IMG/VR virus record: IMGVR_UViG_3300037086_000458
Span: 1 to 64,000 of that record
Length of the DNA stretch: 64,000 nucleotides
Direction: 5' to 3' (one strand)
Origin: a virus
The position numbers and the translations under genes were made by a program. The notes beneath the pieces are model-generated. The model ran no database searches, was not told the DNA's origin, and worked only from the letters and a program-made list of their open reading frames with translations. Below are positions 1-7,137 of this stretch, piece after piece (positions within the stretch are counted from its first letter, which is position 1; each line of letters opens with the position of its first letter).

Positions 1-127
1 GACTTCACGGTACTGATCTTAACCACTCTAGTCTCCCAATTGCTCTTGCAGAGCCCTTAAGGGCTTGGCATTTATAAGCCCTGACTCTAAGTTACAAGCC
101 ACGGGCCTTGTGCCCGTGGTAGTTGAC
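1..127 (-). mobile_element. End of an IS200/IS605 element and 5' part of an IscB/IsrB-type omegaRNA (HEARO-like); truncated by the window start
   Basis: Minus strand reads GTCAACTACCACGGGCACAAGGCCCGTGGCTTG..., the typical omegaRNA/transposon-end hairpin. Closely similar to the element at 3861-4273. Confidence 0.8.
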
Positions 128-308
128 CCCAGCTTCTTTTACAATGATGGGTTCCGATAACAGCTTGATACTCTTCTCCCCATTCTTTAATGCATTTAGC
201 TTTATAGGAGCAGTCATCACAGTTGATTTTCTTAACAGGTTCTTTCATGGCACAGTCTATACAATCGCTTGGATCTTGCGATCGGCATGTAGGCATATTA
301 CAACTCAT
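87..308 (-). CDS. Small Cys-rich protein; C-terminus replaced by the inserted IS element (last ~13 codons are element sequence)
   Basis: CxxC motifs; the ORF crosses the element boundary at 127/128. Confidence 0.55.
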   Translation of the reverse strand: MSCNMPTCRSQDPSDCIDCAMKEPVKKINCDDCSYKAKCIKEWGEEYQAVIGTHHCKRSWGQLPRAQGPWLVT

Positions 309-309
309 C

Positions 310-1092
310 TTAAAAAATCTCCGCTCCAGGGATTTGATGCCCTAATAGTGCCCAAAGCTTAGCTTGTTCAACATTAAAATCAGGTTGATTTTCTGAAGAT
401 TTTAAATATTCCTCATGAGCTTTTTTAAAAAAGTCAGAAGGTTCTGCATTTTTATAAAACTCATCTATAATGTTTTCATTTGGGTTATACTTGGCATCCT
501 TCAACCAGTTATCATCCCATTTTATTTTATTACTACCATAGATTACATAACTGGTATACTTTTTTATTCTCGGATCAAAGAGATGCCCGTAAATTTCTAC
601 GAAGGTATAGAATCTTTTAAAAATGTTTTCAAGCTCATCAATCGTATAATGCCAGACATGATACCCTCGTCTTTCACTGATAGTTCTTGGTTGATAGGGC
701 ATCGTAATACCCTCAGGGGTAGTGCAGGCTATCTCGGGGACGATCTTACTATAGGAGTCTAATAGCCTTAAGAAGTCTTCCTTCTCTATGTGCTCTAAAA
801 CTTCGACCATAGCTATAATATCTACGGATGTTAAATGCATTACTGTTACAACATTTATGAAGGATAGATTCAGTTTTTTGAAATTGTTTGACGCTTCTTG
901 TATTGCTTCCAAATTTTTATCAAATCCAATAACTTTTTCAGCATAGAAGCTAAGCATGTGGGAGCCAAGACCTATACCACAACCGTAATCAATAACTTTT
1001 TTATTTGTCACAAAAGGTAGAATAGATTTATATCTAAGTCTGGATCCTTCTACTTCTTGGCCAAGTGTAGGTCTTTCGCCAGTAAAATCCAT
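310..1092 (-). CDS. Class I SAM-dependent methyltransferase
   Basis: VIDYGCGIG motif I, GFD motif II, EVLEHI motif. Confidence 0.85.
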   Translation of the reverse strand: MDFTGERPTLGQEVEGSRLRYKSILPFVTNKKVIDYGCGIGLGSHMLSFYAEKVIGFDKNLEAIQEASNNFKKLNLSFINVVTVMHLTSVDIIAMVEVLEHIEKEDFLRLLDSYSKIVPEIACTTPEGITMPYQPRTISERRGYHVWHYTIDELENIFKRFYTFVEIYGHLFDPRIKKYTSYVIYGSNKIKWDDNWLKDAKYNPNENIIDEFYKNAEPSDFFKKAHEEYLKSSENQPDFNVEQAKLWALLGHQIPGAEIF

Positions 1093-1216
1093 GTTATAGG
1101 CCTTTTTTAAAAAATAAAGTGTTGCGACCCCTGTCCAAATTTAATATTAGCTCTACAGATAACCCGCAGAGAACAACATTACGGAGAATCCCCCACTACG
1201 TTGCGTACGCAATTAT

Positions 1217-1245
1217 AATATACTGGGAAATTCAGTAAATTTAAA
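1217..1245 (-). promoter_or_regulatory. Sigma70-like promoter TTTAAA-N17-TATATT
   Basis: The same hexamer pair with a 17-nt spacer recurs at 7098-7126 (-) and 44706-44734 (+). Confidence 0.55.
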
Positions 1246-1259
1246 TATAAAAAATAAAA

Positions 1260-1332
1260 TGGGCTAACAGGGATTCGAACCCCGAACTAACGGATTATGA
1301 GTCCGCTACTCTAACCATTGAGTTATTAGCCC
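1260..1332 (-). tRNA. tRNA with CAT anticodon, probably Ile2 (lysidine-modified); elongator Met not excluded; no encoded CCA
   Basis: GGGCTAATAACTCAATGGTTAGAGTAGCGGACTCATAATCCGTTAGTTCGGGGTTCGAATCCCTGTTAGCCCA folds into a full cloverleaf. Confidence 0.9.
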
Positions 1333-1396
1333 TATAAACAATAAATATAGTGTTTTAAAAGGTTTTAAATTTTGTTAAATTAAATGGGGCTTGTAA

Positions 1397-2692
1397 TTAC
1401 AAAGGAATAAATTTTCCATTTTTATTTCTCAAAAGCATCGGATTCTCTTTAAATGCAATATTACTATCAATCCAATTTAGTTTATTCCTGTCTTTAAAAT
1501 AGATTTGGGAATTTTCTTTATAGATATTGTCACCATAAAGAATATATGCTTTTAATCTGTGAATTTTTATATGCTTAACTGTATTATTATACGTAATATT
1601 AATAAAAGGATATTCACTTTTATTGTATATTATTTTTAATATCTTTCCTTTATGACTTATAACGTTGTTGCACCCATCAAAATGGTAACCTTTTTCTACA
1701 GCAAATTTTTCTAATTTATGAAAAGGAACCTTCCCTTTTTTTATAGATTTAACATACTTATGCTCGCTTTTAAGGCACTGTACGCTTTCATAGGCTGTTT
1801 CTAATATATCTGGACAGAAATTTTTCATCCACCTGTGGATTTTTTGATGATGCTTTTTTATTAATTTAGCTACTAAAGTAACCCATCCATATTTTGTAAA
1901 ATCAATATTACTACTCCTGATTTTAAAAATATTTTCTTTTTCTTTTTCGGCATACTCGTTTTTACGCTTTTTAAAATACTCTTCTTTTGACTGAATATTT
2001 TTTAATTTATGTTCAGCAAATTTATAAAGCCTACATTCTAAAATTTTTGTTTCGTATTTTCCAACATTGTTCAGAGTGTTTAAAAAATCTGATATTTTTT
2101 CCTGAGTAAGTTCATTAAATCGTATCCTATAGACTTTCCAGCCTCTTTCTACCAAAAGAGCTTGTTTTTTAATATCCCGATTTTGATTTTTAATATTTCT
2201 GAAGTGTTGTTTTCCATCCAACTCAATAGCTAATTTTACATTTAAAAAAACAAAATCTATAAAATACGGATATTCCGGGTACTCATTAATTATATCATAT
2301 TTTTTTAGTAAACTATGTTTGATAATGACACTATCAAAAAACCACTGTTCTATATAGCTCATTTCTCCATTTCTTCTTCTTTCCCATGCCGTTTTACCAA
2401 GTTTTTTCTTTAAATAATTGAATCTGGCGAGCCTTATCTTTTCTTTAGTTTCTTCTTTATATATCATTTTTATATGTGCATCTCGACAGATTTTATCTCC
2501 ACAGATAGAGCCGAATATGCTACCGTGTCCTCTATATTTACAATCTTTACCACATACCGGACATTTTGGTATTTCAAAATTTTCATGCTTAACTATGTAT
2601 TCCAAATAGGTGATATTATGAATTGTTTTTACATGTTGTGATAAAGTTATCTTGTTTGCACATTCTTTAGTACATATTTTACATTTTACCAT
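1397..2692 (-). CDS. Putative free-standing homing endonuclease (Zn finger + DUF559/Vsr-like nuclease + degenerate HNH-like C-terminus) inserted between tRNA genes
   Basis: CxxC..H..H finger; YFIDF...LAIELDGKQH...RDIKKQ..L..RGWKVYRI DUF559 motif; IHRL in the C-terminal part. Confidence 0.75.
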   Translation of the reverse strand: MVKCKICTKECANKITLSQHVKTIHNITYLEYIVKHENFEIPKCPVCGKDCKYRGHGSIFGSICGDKICRDAHIKMIYKEETKEKIRLARFNYLKKKLGKTAWERRRNGEMSYIEQWFFDSVIIKHSLLKKYDIINEYPEYPYFIDFVFLNVKLAIELDGKQHFRNIKNQNRDIKKQALLVERGWKVYRIRFNELTQEKISDFLNTLNNVGKYETKILECRLYKFAEHKLKNIQSKEEYFKKRKNEYAEKEKENIFKIRSSNIDFTKYGWVTLVAKLIKKHHQKIHRWMKNFCPDILETAYESVQCLKSEHKYVKSIKKGKVPFHKLEKFAVEKGYHFDGCNNVISHKGKILKIIYNKSEYPFINITYNNTVKHIKIHRLKAYILYGDNIYKENSQIYFKDRNKLNWIDSNIAFKENPMLLRNKNGKFIPL

Positions 2693-2693
2693 A

Positions 2694-2737
2694 AGTTGAA
2701 CCTTTACCCAGTTAATGTTTATAATAGAGGTTCGACT
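2694..2737 (-). promoter_or_regulatory. RBS-sequestering hairpin upstream of the endonuclease
   Basis: AGTCGAACCT (2737-2728) pairs with AGGTTCAACT (2703-2694), which lies just before the ATG. Confidence 0.55.
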
Positions 2738-2765
2738 ATTAGTAGATTAACAGTCTAAAAGGAAT

Positions 2766-2865
2766 TAGCGCGGATGGGAATCGAACCCATATTCCGGCCT
2801 TTCTTAGAGGACTTTTAATAATCCACTAAGAAAGGGCCGTATCCTAACCATTAGATGACCGCGCC
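2766..2865 (-). tRNA. tRNA-Glu(TTC) with a 28-nt insertion (2802-2829) in the anticodon loop
   Basis: Acceptor GGCGCGG/CCGCGCT, D arm ATCT-AATGGTTA-GGAT, anticodon stem CGGCC/GGCCG, T arm ATGGG-TTCGATT-CCCAT. Removing 28 nt restores the loop CT-TTC-AA and a 72-nt tRNA. Confidence 0.85.
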
Positions 2866-2892
2866 ATCAAAGGTGCTTCGCTTGATATAGAA

Positions 2893-2904
2893 TGTTAAAG
2901 AACA
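2893..2904 (-). promoter_or_regulatory. boxA antitermination element
   Basis: TGTTCTTTAACA, an 11/12 match to rrn boxA TGCTCTTTAACA, lying between the terminator and the first tRNA. Confidence 0.7.
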
Positions 2905-2917
2905 AATAAACTTATAT

Positions 2918-2960
2918 AAAACAAAAAACCCTACCAGGGGGTTTAGTCCTGGTAGGGTTT
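2918..2960 (-). terminator. Intrinsic terminator of a putative attenuator
   Basis: 13-bp stem AAACCCTACCAGG/CCTGGTAGGGTTT followed by TTTGTTTT. Confidence 0.8.
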
Positions 2961-2989
2961 GAGTTCTCTTTTTAGTAATGGCTCACCTA

Positions 2990-3055
2990 TCAGGACTGTG
3001 TTACATTCCCTCCGCGTTCTCTACCCGTACCTATATTCCTGATATTTTTAATCAT
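2990..3055 (-). CDS. Putative 21-aa attenuator leader peptide MIKNIRNIGTGRERGGNVTQS
   Basis: AAGGT SD 6 nt upstream of the ATG; the stop codon lies inside the anti-terminator strand (2986-2997). Confidence 0.6.
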   Translation of the reverse strand: MIKNIRNIGTGRERGGNVTQS

Positions 3056-3072
3056 AATTTTACCTTGTTACT

Positions 3073-3101
3073 AATATAACACTAAAAAGAAAAAAAATCA
3101 A
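3073..3101 (-). promoter_or_regulatory. Sigma70-type promoter of the tRNA operon
   Basis: TTGATT-N17-TATATT with an extended -10 TG. Confidence 0.65.
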
Positions 3102-3109
3102 GGATTATT

Positions 3110-3754
3110 TTATTCATCCTCCTTTTCCTCTTTTTTTCCTTCCATGATTTTTTTCCCTTCTAAGTATATCTCATTGTTAATTTCAATTGAGGTCATACCT
3201 CGAAGTTGAGCAGCTTTATTACTGATATTCTGTAAAAAAACATGATCAGAAAAATCAGGACTTTTTATTATTTTAGGTTTATTGCTCAGAGTATTAACAA
3301 AATTAATAATGGGTGCTCCAAAGGGTAATAATCCTGTGTATTTTTTAGCCTTCTCTAAATGATGCATAAGATAGTGCTTTAAGGGATACAGAATAGCCCA
3401 TCTAGCTTTCATATATGAGAAAGCTATTAAATCCTCAACGGAAGGATCTTCTGAAATGGCAATTCTGTACGCATCATTATTACTCGCCATAAGTTCTGAT
3501 CTTATTTTAAAGATAGTTACATCATTAGGGGCCATTTTAAAAATATCTAAATGGTCCGGATGTTGCCTTTCAGTAAGTACTCTTTTGGCTTCAAAAAAGT
3601 TAAAACCGTTATGTATGATTCGAGGCTGGGCGAGATAATAAATAAGATTGTTACCAAATCTACTTATCTCTCTGGTATTCCCTTTTTCATCTTTAAATAT
3701 TAAGTCGTAGTCGAATGAAGCGTGAAGTTCATAAATTTCTCTGAGGGTAATCAT
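3110..3754 (-). CDS. Hypothetical protein
   Basis: 214-aa ORF with AAGGAG SD. Confidence 0.75.
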   Translation of the reverse strand: MITLREIYELHASFDYDLIFKDEKGNTREISRFGNNLIYYLAQPRIIHNGFNFFEAKRVLTERQHPDHLDIFKMAPNDVTIFKIRSELMASNNDAYRIAISEDPSVEDLIAFSYMKARWAILYPLKHYLMHHLEKAKKYTGLLPFGAPIINFVNTLSNKPKIIKSPDFSDHVFLQNISNKAAQLRGMTSIEINNEIYLEGKKIMEGKKEEKEDE

Positions 3755-3860
3755 GAAGAATCTCCTTTGTTTTACGGTTCATGTTTGAAACGTTGTCCAG
3801 TCAGTATATCCCAACTGGGCATTACACAAGATTGTTTGTTGCTATTTATTTTTAACTCAT

Positions 3861-4273
3861 GATCCTCCACGAGAGGAAACCCACGGCTTTAGTCGTGGGA
3901 GGAATCGAGTCCTCCCACGACTGAGCCGGGAACCTGATAGAACTTAAAACCAAAACTCCTACAGGCTTACGGAATTCTGGACTCTATCTTGCCATTACTG
4001 GCAAGATAGGTAATTACTCCCTTCGAGACTGGCCTACGCAGAGGACGGGGACTTGGGAAGCATCCCTGACGTGCTCTGTCCTGCCACGGACAGTAGGCTC
4101 AGTTTCCTTCAAACGACCATTACCTGCCCTTACGGGCTTTGTATGGGTCCTTTCGGACGTCACGTTACTGATCTTGGACACTCTAGTCTCCATTTTGCTC
4201 TTGCAGAGCCCGTAGGGCTTGGCATTAGCCCTGACTCGAGGCAAGCCCACGACTTTAGTCGTGGGTAGTTGAC
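3861..4273 (-). mobile_element. Non-autonomous IS200/IS605 element carrying a complete IscB/IsrB-type omegaRNA and no nuclease gene
   Basis: End hairpins CCCACGGCTTTAGTCGTGGG and CCCACGACTTTAGTCGTGGG; flanked by TCAT (ATGA on the minus strand) and ending in GTTGAC. Confidence 0.85.
3960..4273 (-). ncRNA. omegaRNA scaffold (HEARO-like); 3' boundary approximate
   Basis: GTCAACTACCC start, GAGACT/AGTCTC long-range pair, GGATGCTTCCCAAGTCCC...CTCTG...CGAAGGG core, terminal hairpin CTATCTTGCCA/TGGCAAGATAG. Confidence 0.75.
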
Positions 4274-4298
4274 ATAGGACCCCCTTTCACTATCCTTA

Positions 4299-4327
4299 AG
4301 TATAACCTATTTTTGGTCATTTGTCAA
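4299..4327 (-). promoter_or_regulatory. Near-consensus sigma70 promoter directly upstream of the omegaRNA guide
   Basis: TTGACA-N17-TATACT. Confidence 0.75.
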
Positions 4328-4723
4328 ATCTTTTTCTTCTTCTTTAATTTTTTTAACCAGTCCTTTTACTATATTCATAAGGAAATCAAATACATGCGGG
4401 TCTCTTTTTTCTCCAGAAACTCGTGAACAATAATAGCTATATGCTTCATGTGTTATAAAATTATTGTTTATTAATAAAGGCAAATTATCATCAGGAGTAT
4501 CCTCTATTTCTTTTAATTCAGCAGTTATTATACATTCTAAACAGACTCCTTTTACCCCTTCTTTTATAGTTTCCTTTATGGCTACGGGTATTTGTTCCTC
4601 GGGAAAACCATTAAGGATATAATAGTGCTCTTCGCATATGGGTCTATAGCATGTATCACAATTTCGTATCGTAGCGTTATTATTACAACCTTTTATAGAG
4701 CATTCTGTTCCTTTGGGGTTCAT
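4307..4723 (-). CDS. Hypothetical protein with Zn-finger-like Cys/His motifs
   Basis: CxxxxC, CxxC..ICEEH, CxxC. Confidence 0.65.
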   Translation of the reverse strand: MNPKGTECSIKGCNNNATIRNCDTCYRPICEEHYYILNGFPEEQIPVAIKETIKEGVKGVCLECIITAELKEIEDTPDDNLPLLINNNFITHEAYSYYCSRVSGEKRDPHVFDFLMNIVKGLVKKIKEEEKDLTNDQK

Positions 4724-4983
4724 ACTACATTTGAACCGCCGTTAATTAGCTTTTTTAATATCCTGCAAGATATTACTCGATGTTTGTAATCCAAGCCTTT
4801 ATCTATTAACTTAAGGTTGTTGGTAGGGCAGGAGGTATTTAAACAACTTTGTGGGCCAACGATCAAGAATCTTCTAGTTACAGAGCTATGACAGATAGGA
4901 CAAAGGAGATTAATCCCCATACGGACAAGTTTAACTTTAGCATATTGTTTTTTTAATTCACTGATATCTTCAATATTTGACAT
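4720..4983 (-). CDS. Hypothetical Zn-ribbon protein
   Basis: CPIC...CxxxxC; 4-nt stop/start overlap with the next gene. Confidence 0.6.
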   Translation of the reverse strand: MSNIEDISELKKQYAKVKLVRMGINLLCPICHSSVTRRFLIVGPQSCLNTSCPTNNLKLIDKGLDYKHRVISCRILKKLINGGSNVV

Positions 4984-5018
4984 AGATAGTAGTCACTTTT
5001 TAAGTAAATTTTCTATTT

Positions 5019-5408
5019 TCAGCTATGTTTTATTTGGATATATTTGGTTTTTATATGTAATCTTTTAAACCATTTCCCATATACATCTGAATCGTCAAAA
5101 ATAAAATCAATTCTGAGCTCTTTGCAAATTTTGGCTTTTGTAGAATTCCAAGTATCCGGAGCCATCCAAGGATTGTCGGGATCCTCGTATTTTATTTTAG
5201 TTCCTTTTTTCTTATTATAATTCGTTATTGAGTGAATAGCGGTATATTTTATACCAAACTTTTCTAAATCTTTTAAAAGTTTATCGGTTATCTCTTGGCC
5301 AGTGATAACGTGTATTTCATGCTTATGCAGCATAAAGAGCTTACTTAGTTCTGAAAATAATTCAGGGTATTTATCCAAAACCCCGTGGATATCTAAGGCT
5401 ATTCTCAT
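5019..5408 (-). CDS. HAD-superfamily (nucleotidase-like) protein
   Basis: IALDIHGVL motif I, VITG, K, IFDD motif IV. Confidence 0.7.
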   Translation of the reverse strand: MRIALDIHGVLDKYPELFSELSKLFMLHKHEIHVITGQEITDKLLKDLEKFGIKYTAIHSITNYNKKKGTKIKYEDPDNPWMAPDTWNSTKAKICKELRIDFIFDDSDVYGKWFKRLHIKTKYIQIKHS

Positions 5409-5432
5409 ATTAATTTGAACTACCTACAACTT

Positions 5433-6605
5433 TTATTTTATTAGAGTTTTTTTGCAGAGTTCGATCGTTTCGAGGTCTCCTGTATTTTTGTTTATGTCGT
5501 CCGAAAGTTTAATTGTATTGACCCATCCATATGTTTCATCAAATAAGCAACCAATCAGTTTAATAACCATGTTTAAAGGTTTGACCCCTACATGGTTTGA
5601 GAGCCACGTCCCGATACCGTAACGATCATTTGTCCTGCCTTTGCAAGCCTCGTGTATGGTTTTAATCTGTTCAATGCTTTTGAGATTATCCGAAAATAAA
5701 AGCATCTTGTATAATGGATTTACCCTTAGTTTGTTATAATGGGCTAATACTTTTTCAAGGAAAGCGAGAGGTTCACCAGAGTCCTGGCGTAACCCGTCAT
5801 AGAGCTTGGCATATTTCGTATTAAACGATTGAAGAAAAACATCTGTGGTAAACGTGTCTGGAAGTCCGGTGCCTAGGTCCCCATGAAATACAGAAATCCA
5901 AGCGTCATTGGCTTTTTCGTTTGCCATAATGAAACCGTACAAAGCGGCGTGTAAAGAATACCATTCGTGAGCTACTGTTCCGGCTGGCATGAGATCGTGT
6001 ATCATTGCAAGATAAACATTACTCGTTCCAAGTAGGTGACCTTTTCCATATTTTTTAAGATCCTCGACTACTTTATTTTGGTTTTCAAAAGATTTTCTTC
6101 GACGTGTCCCGAATTCAGAATAATAAACATCAATATAGGCGAGATCCTGAGCCTTTTGTTTATTGATTTCGGTAAGTTTCTCGAGATCATACCCTCGTTG
6201 GCCAGTCATCTCAAAATAAAGCTCGCTAATCGTGGCCATTAAGGGTACTTCCCAAAGAACCGTATGATAAGCAGGGCCTATGATGTCCAAGCTTAATTTA
6301 GGCCCTTCTTGTTTGATTATGACCTCTTTTGGGTCGTATCGGTAACCGGATAAGAAATCGAGATAGACAGGATTTAGATAATAACATTTCTCCAGCATGA
6401 AGTCTTTTTCGTCTTTTTTAAGGGCAATGCCTCTGAAGCTGTCTACAATTTCAATTAGGCACTTATCGAACCCGTCTGGGAATTCGCGGTTGTCTCGGTT
6501 CACGAATCTGTAATGATTGAGGACCCTGGGATAGAGCTGGCAAATTGCCATCTGCATGGTGAATTTATAAATGTCTGAGTCTATTAGACTTACATGGTAT
6601 TTCAT
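5433..6605 (-). CDS. pncB: Nicotinate phosphoribosyltransferase
   Basis: DSDIYKFTM, EFGTRRR, GTSNV, GTVAHEW, RQDSG, FSDNL, YGIGT, LNMVIKL, IKLSD motifs. Confidence 0.92.
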   Translation of the reverse strand: MKYHVSLIDSDIYKFTMQMAICQLYPRVLNHYRFVNRDNREFPDGFDKCLIEIVDSFRGIALKKDEKDFMLEKCYYLNPVYLDFLSGYRYDPKEVIIKQEGPKLSLDIIGPAYHTVLWEVPLMATISELYFEMTGQRGYDLEKLTEINKQKAQDLAYIDVYYSEFGTRRRKSFENQNKVVEDLKKYGKGHLLGTSNVYLAMIHDLMPAGTVAHEWYSLHAALYGFIMANEKANDAWISVFHGDLGTGLPDTFTTDVFLQSFNTKYAKLYDGLRQDSGEPLAFLEKVLAHYNKLRVNPLYKMLLFSDNLKSIEQIKTIHEACKGRTNDRYGIGTWLSNHVGVKPLNMVIKLIGCLFDETYGWVNTIKLSDDINKNTGDLETIELCKKTLIK

Positions 6606-6739
6606 ATTTTTCCTTTTTCACATAACGATGAAATAACTTTCCCAGATAGCATCCCCGATACAGATTCTTTAATAGATTTGCTATTAAGAGCGTCATCTGG
6701 TAAATTATTGACCCAATCTTTTAACGTTTTGGCATTCAT
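6602..6739 (-). CDS. Small hypothetical protein (45 aa, MNAKTLKDWV...)
   Basis: Fills the intergenic gap; its TGA overlaps the pncB ATG. Confidence 0.4.
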   Translation of the reverse strand: MNAKTLKDWVNNLPDDALNSKSIKESVSGMLSGKVISSLCEKGKI

Positions 6740-7066
6740 TTAATTTTTCTTTTTTGTAGGCTCTGAAGTTAAAATAGTATGAGATGCGATAATAGCTTCT
6801 GGGATCCTTTTTCTTATTTCTGTAATTATTTCATCTTCGTTATCTTCATAGTTTTTGTCTGACTCAATAATTAAACTTTGTAATATCATGCCTTCATATT
6901 TATTTCCAAAGTTATCAACTGCATCCTGTACCGAAGGATTATTTGAAAAAAGATCTCCTACAAGCTTCTTGAACTTATCCATGAACCCATTTTGTTCAGC
7001 AAGTTCAAAACCACTTTTAGGGTAAACCCAGCAATCTATTCTGTACCTGTAAAGCATATGCACCAT
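6740..7066 (-). CDS. Hypothetical protein
   Basis: 108-aa ORF downstream of a promoter motif at 7098-7126. Confidence 0.6.
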   Translation of the reverse strand: MVHMLYRYRIDCWVYPKSGFELAEQNGFMDKFKKLVGDLFSNNPSVQDAVDNFGNKYEGMILQSLIIESDKNYEDNEDEIITEIRKRIPEAIIASHTILTSEPTKKKN

Positions 7067-7137
7067 TTGTTAAAGATAGAAAACTATACCCACCTATAAT
7101 ATACAAGTTAGAGCCATAATTTTAAAGTAAAAGATTA

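Noticed and set aside
2802-2829. Group I or archaeal BHB intron, or an ochre-suppressor loop, in tRNA-Glu
   Set aside because: Too short for a ribozyme, no bulge-helix-bulge, and the apical loop is not a 7-nt anticodon loop.
4014-4268. ORFs 4014-4250 (-) and 4053-4268 (+)
   Set aside because: They lie inside the GC-rich omegaRNA, have no SD and no recognisable motifs; probably chance frames.
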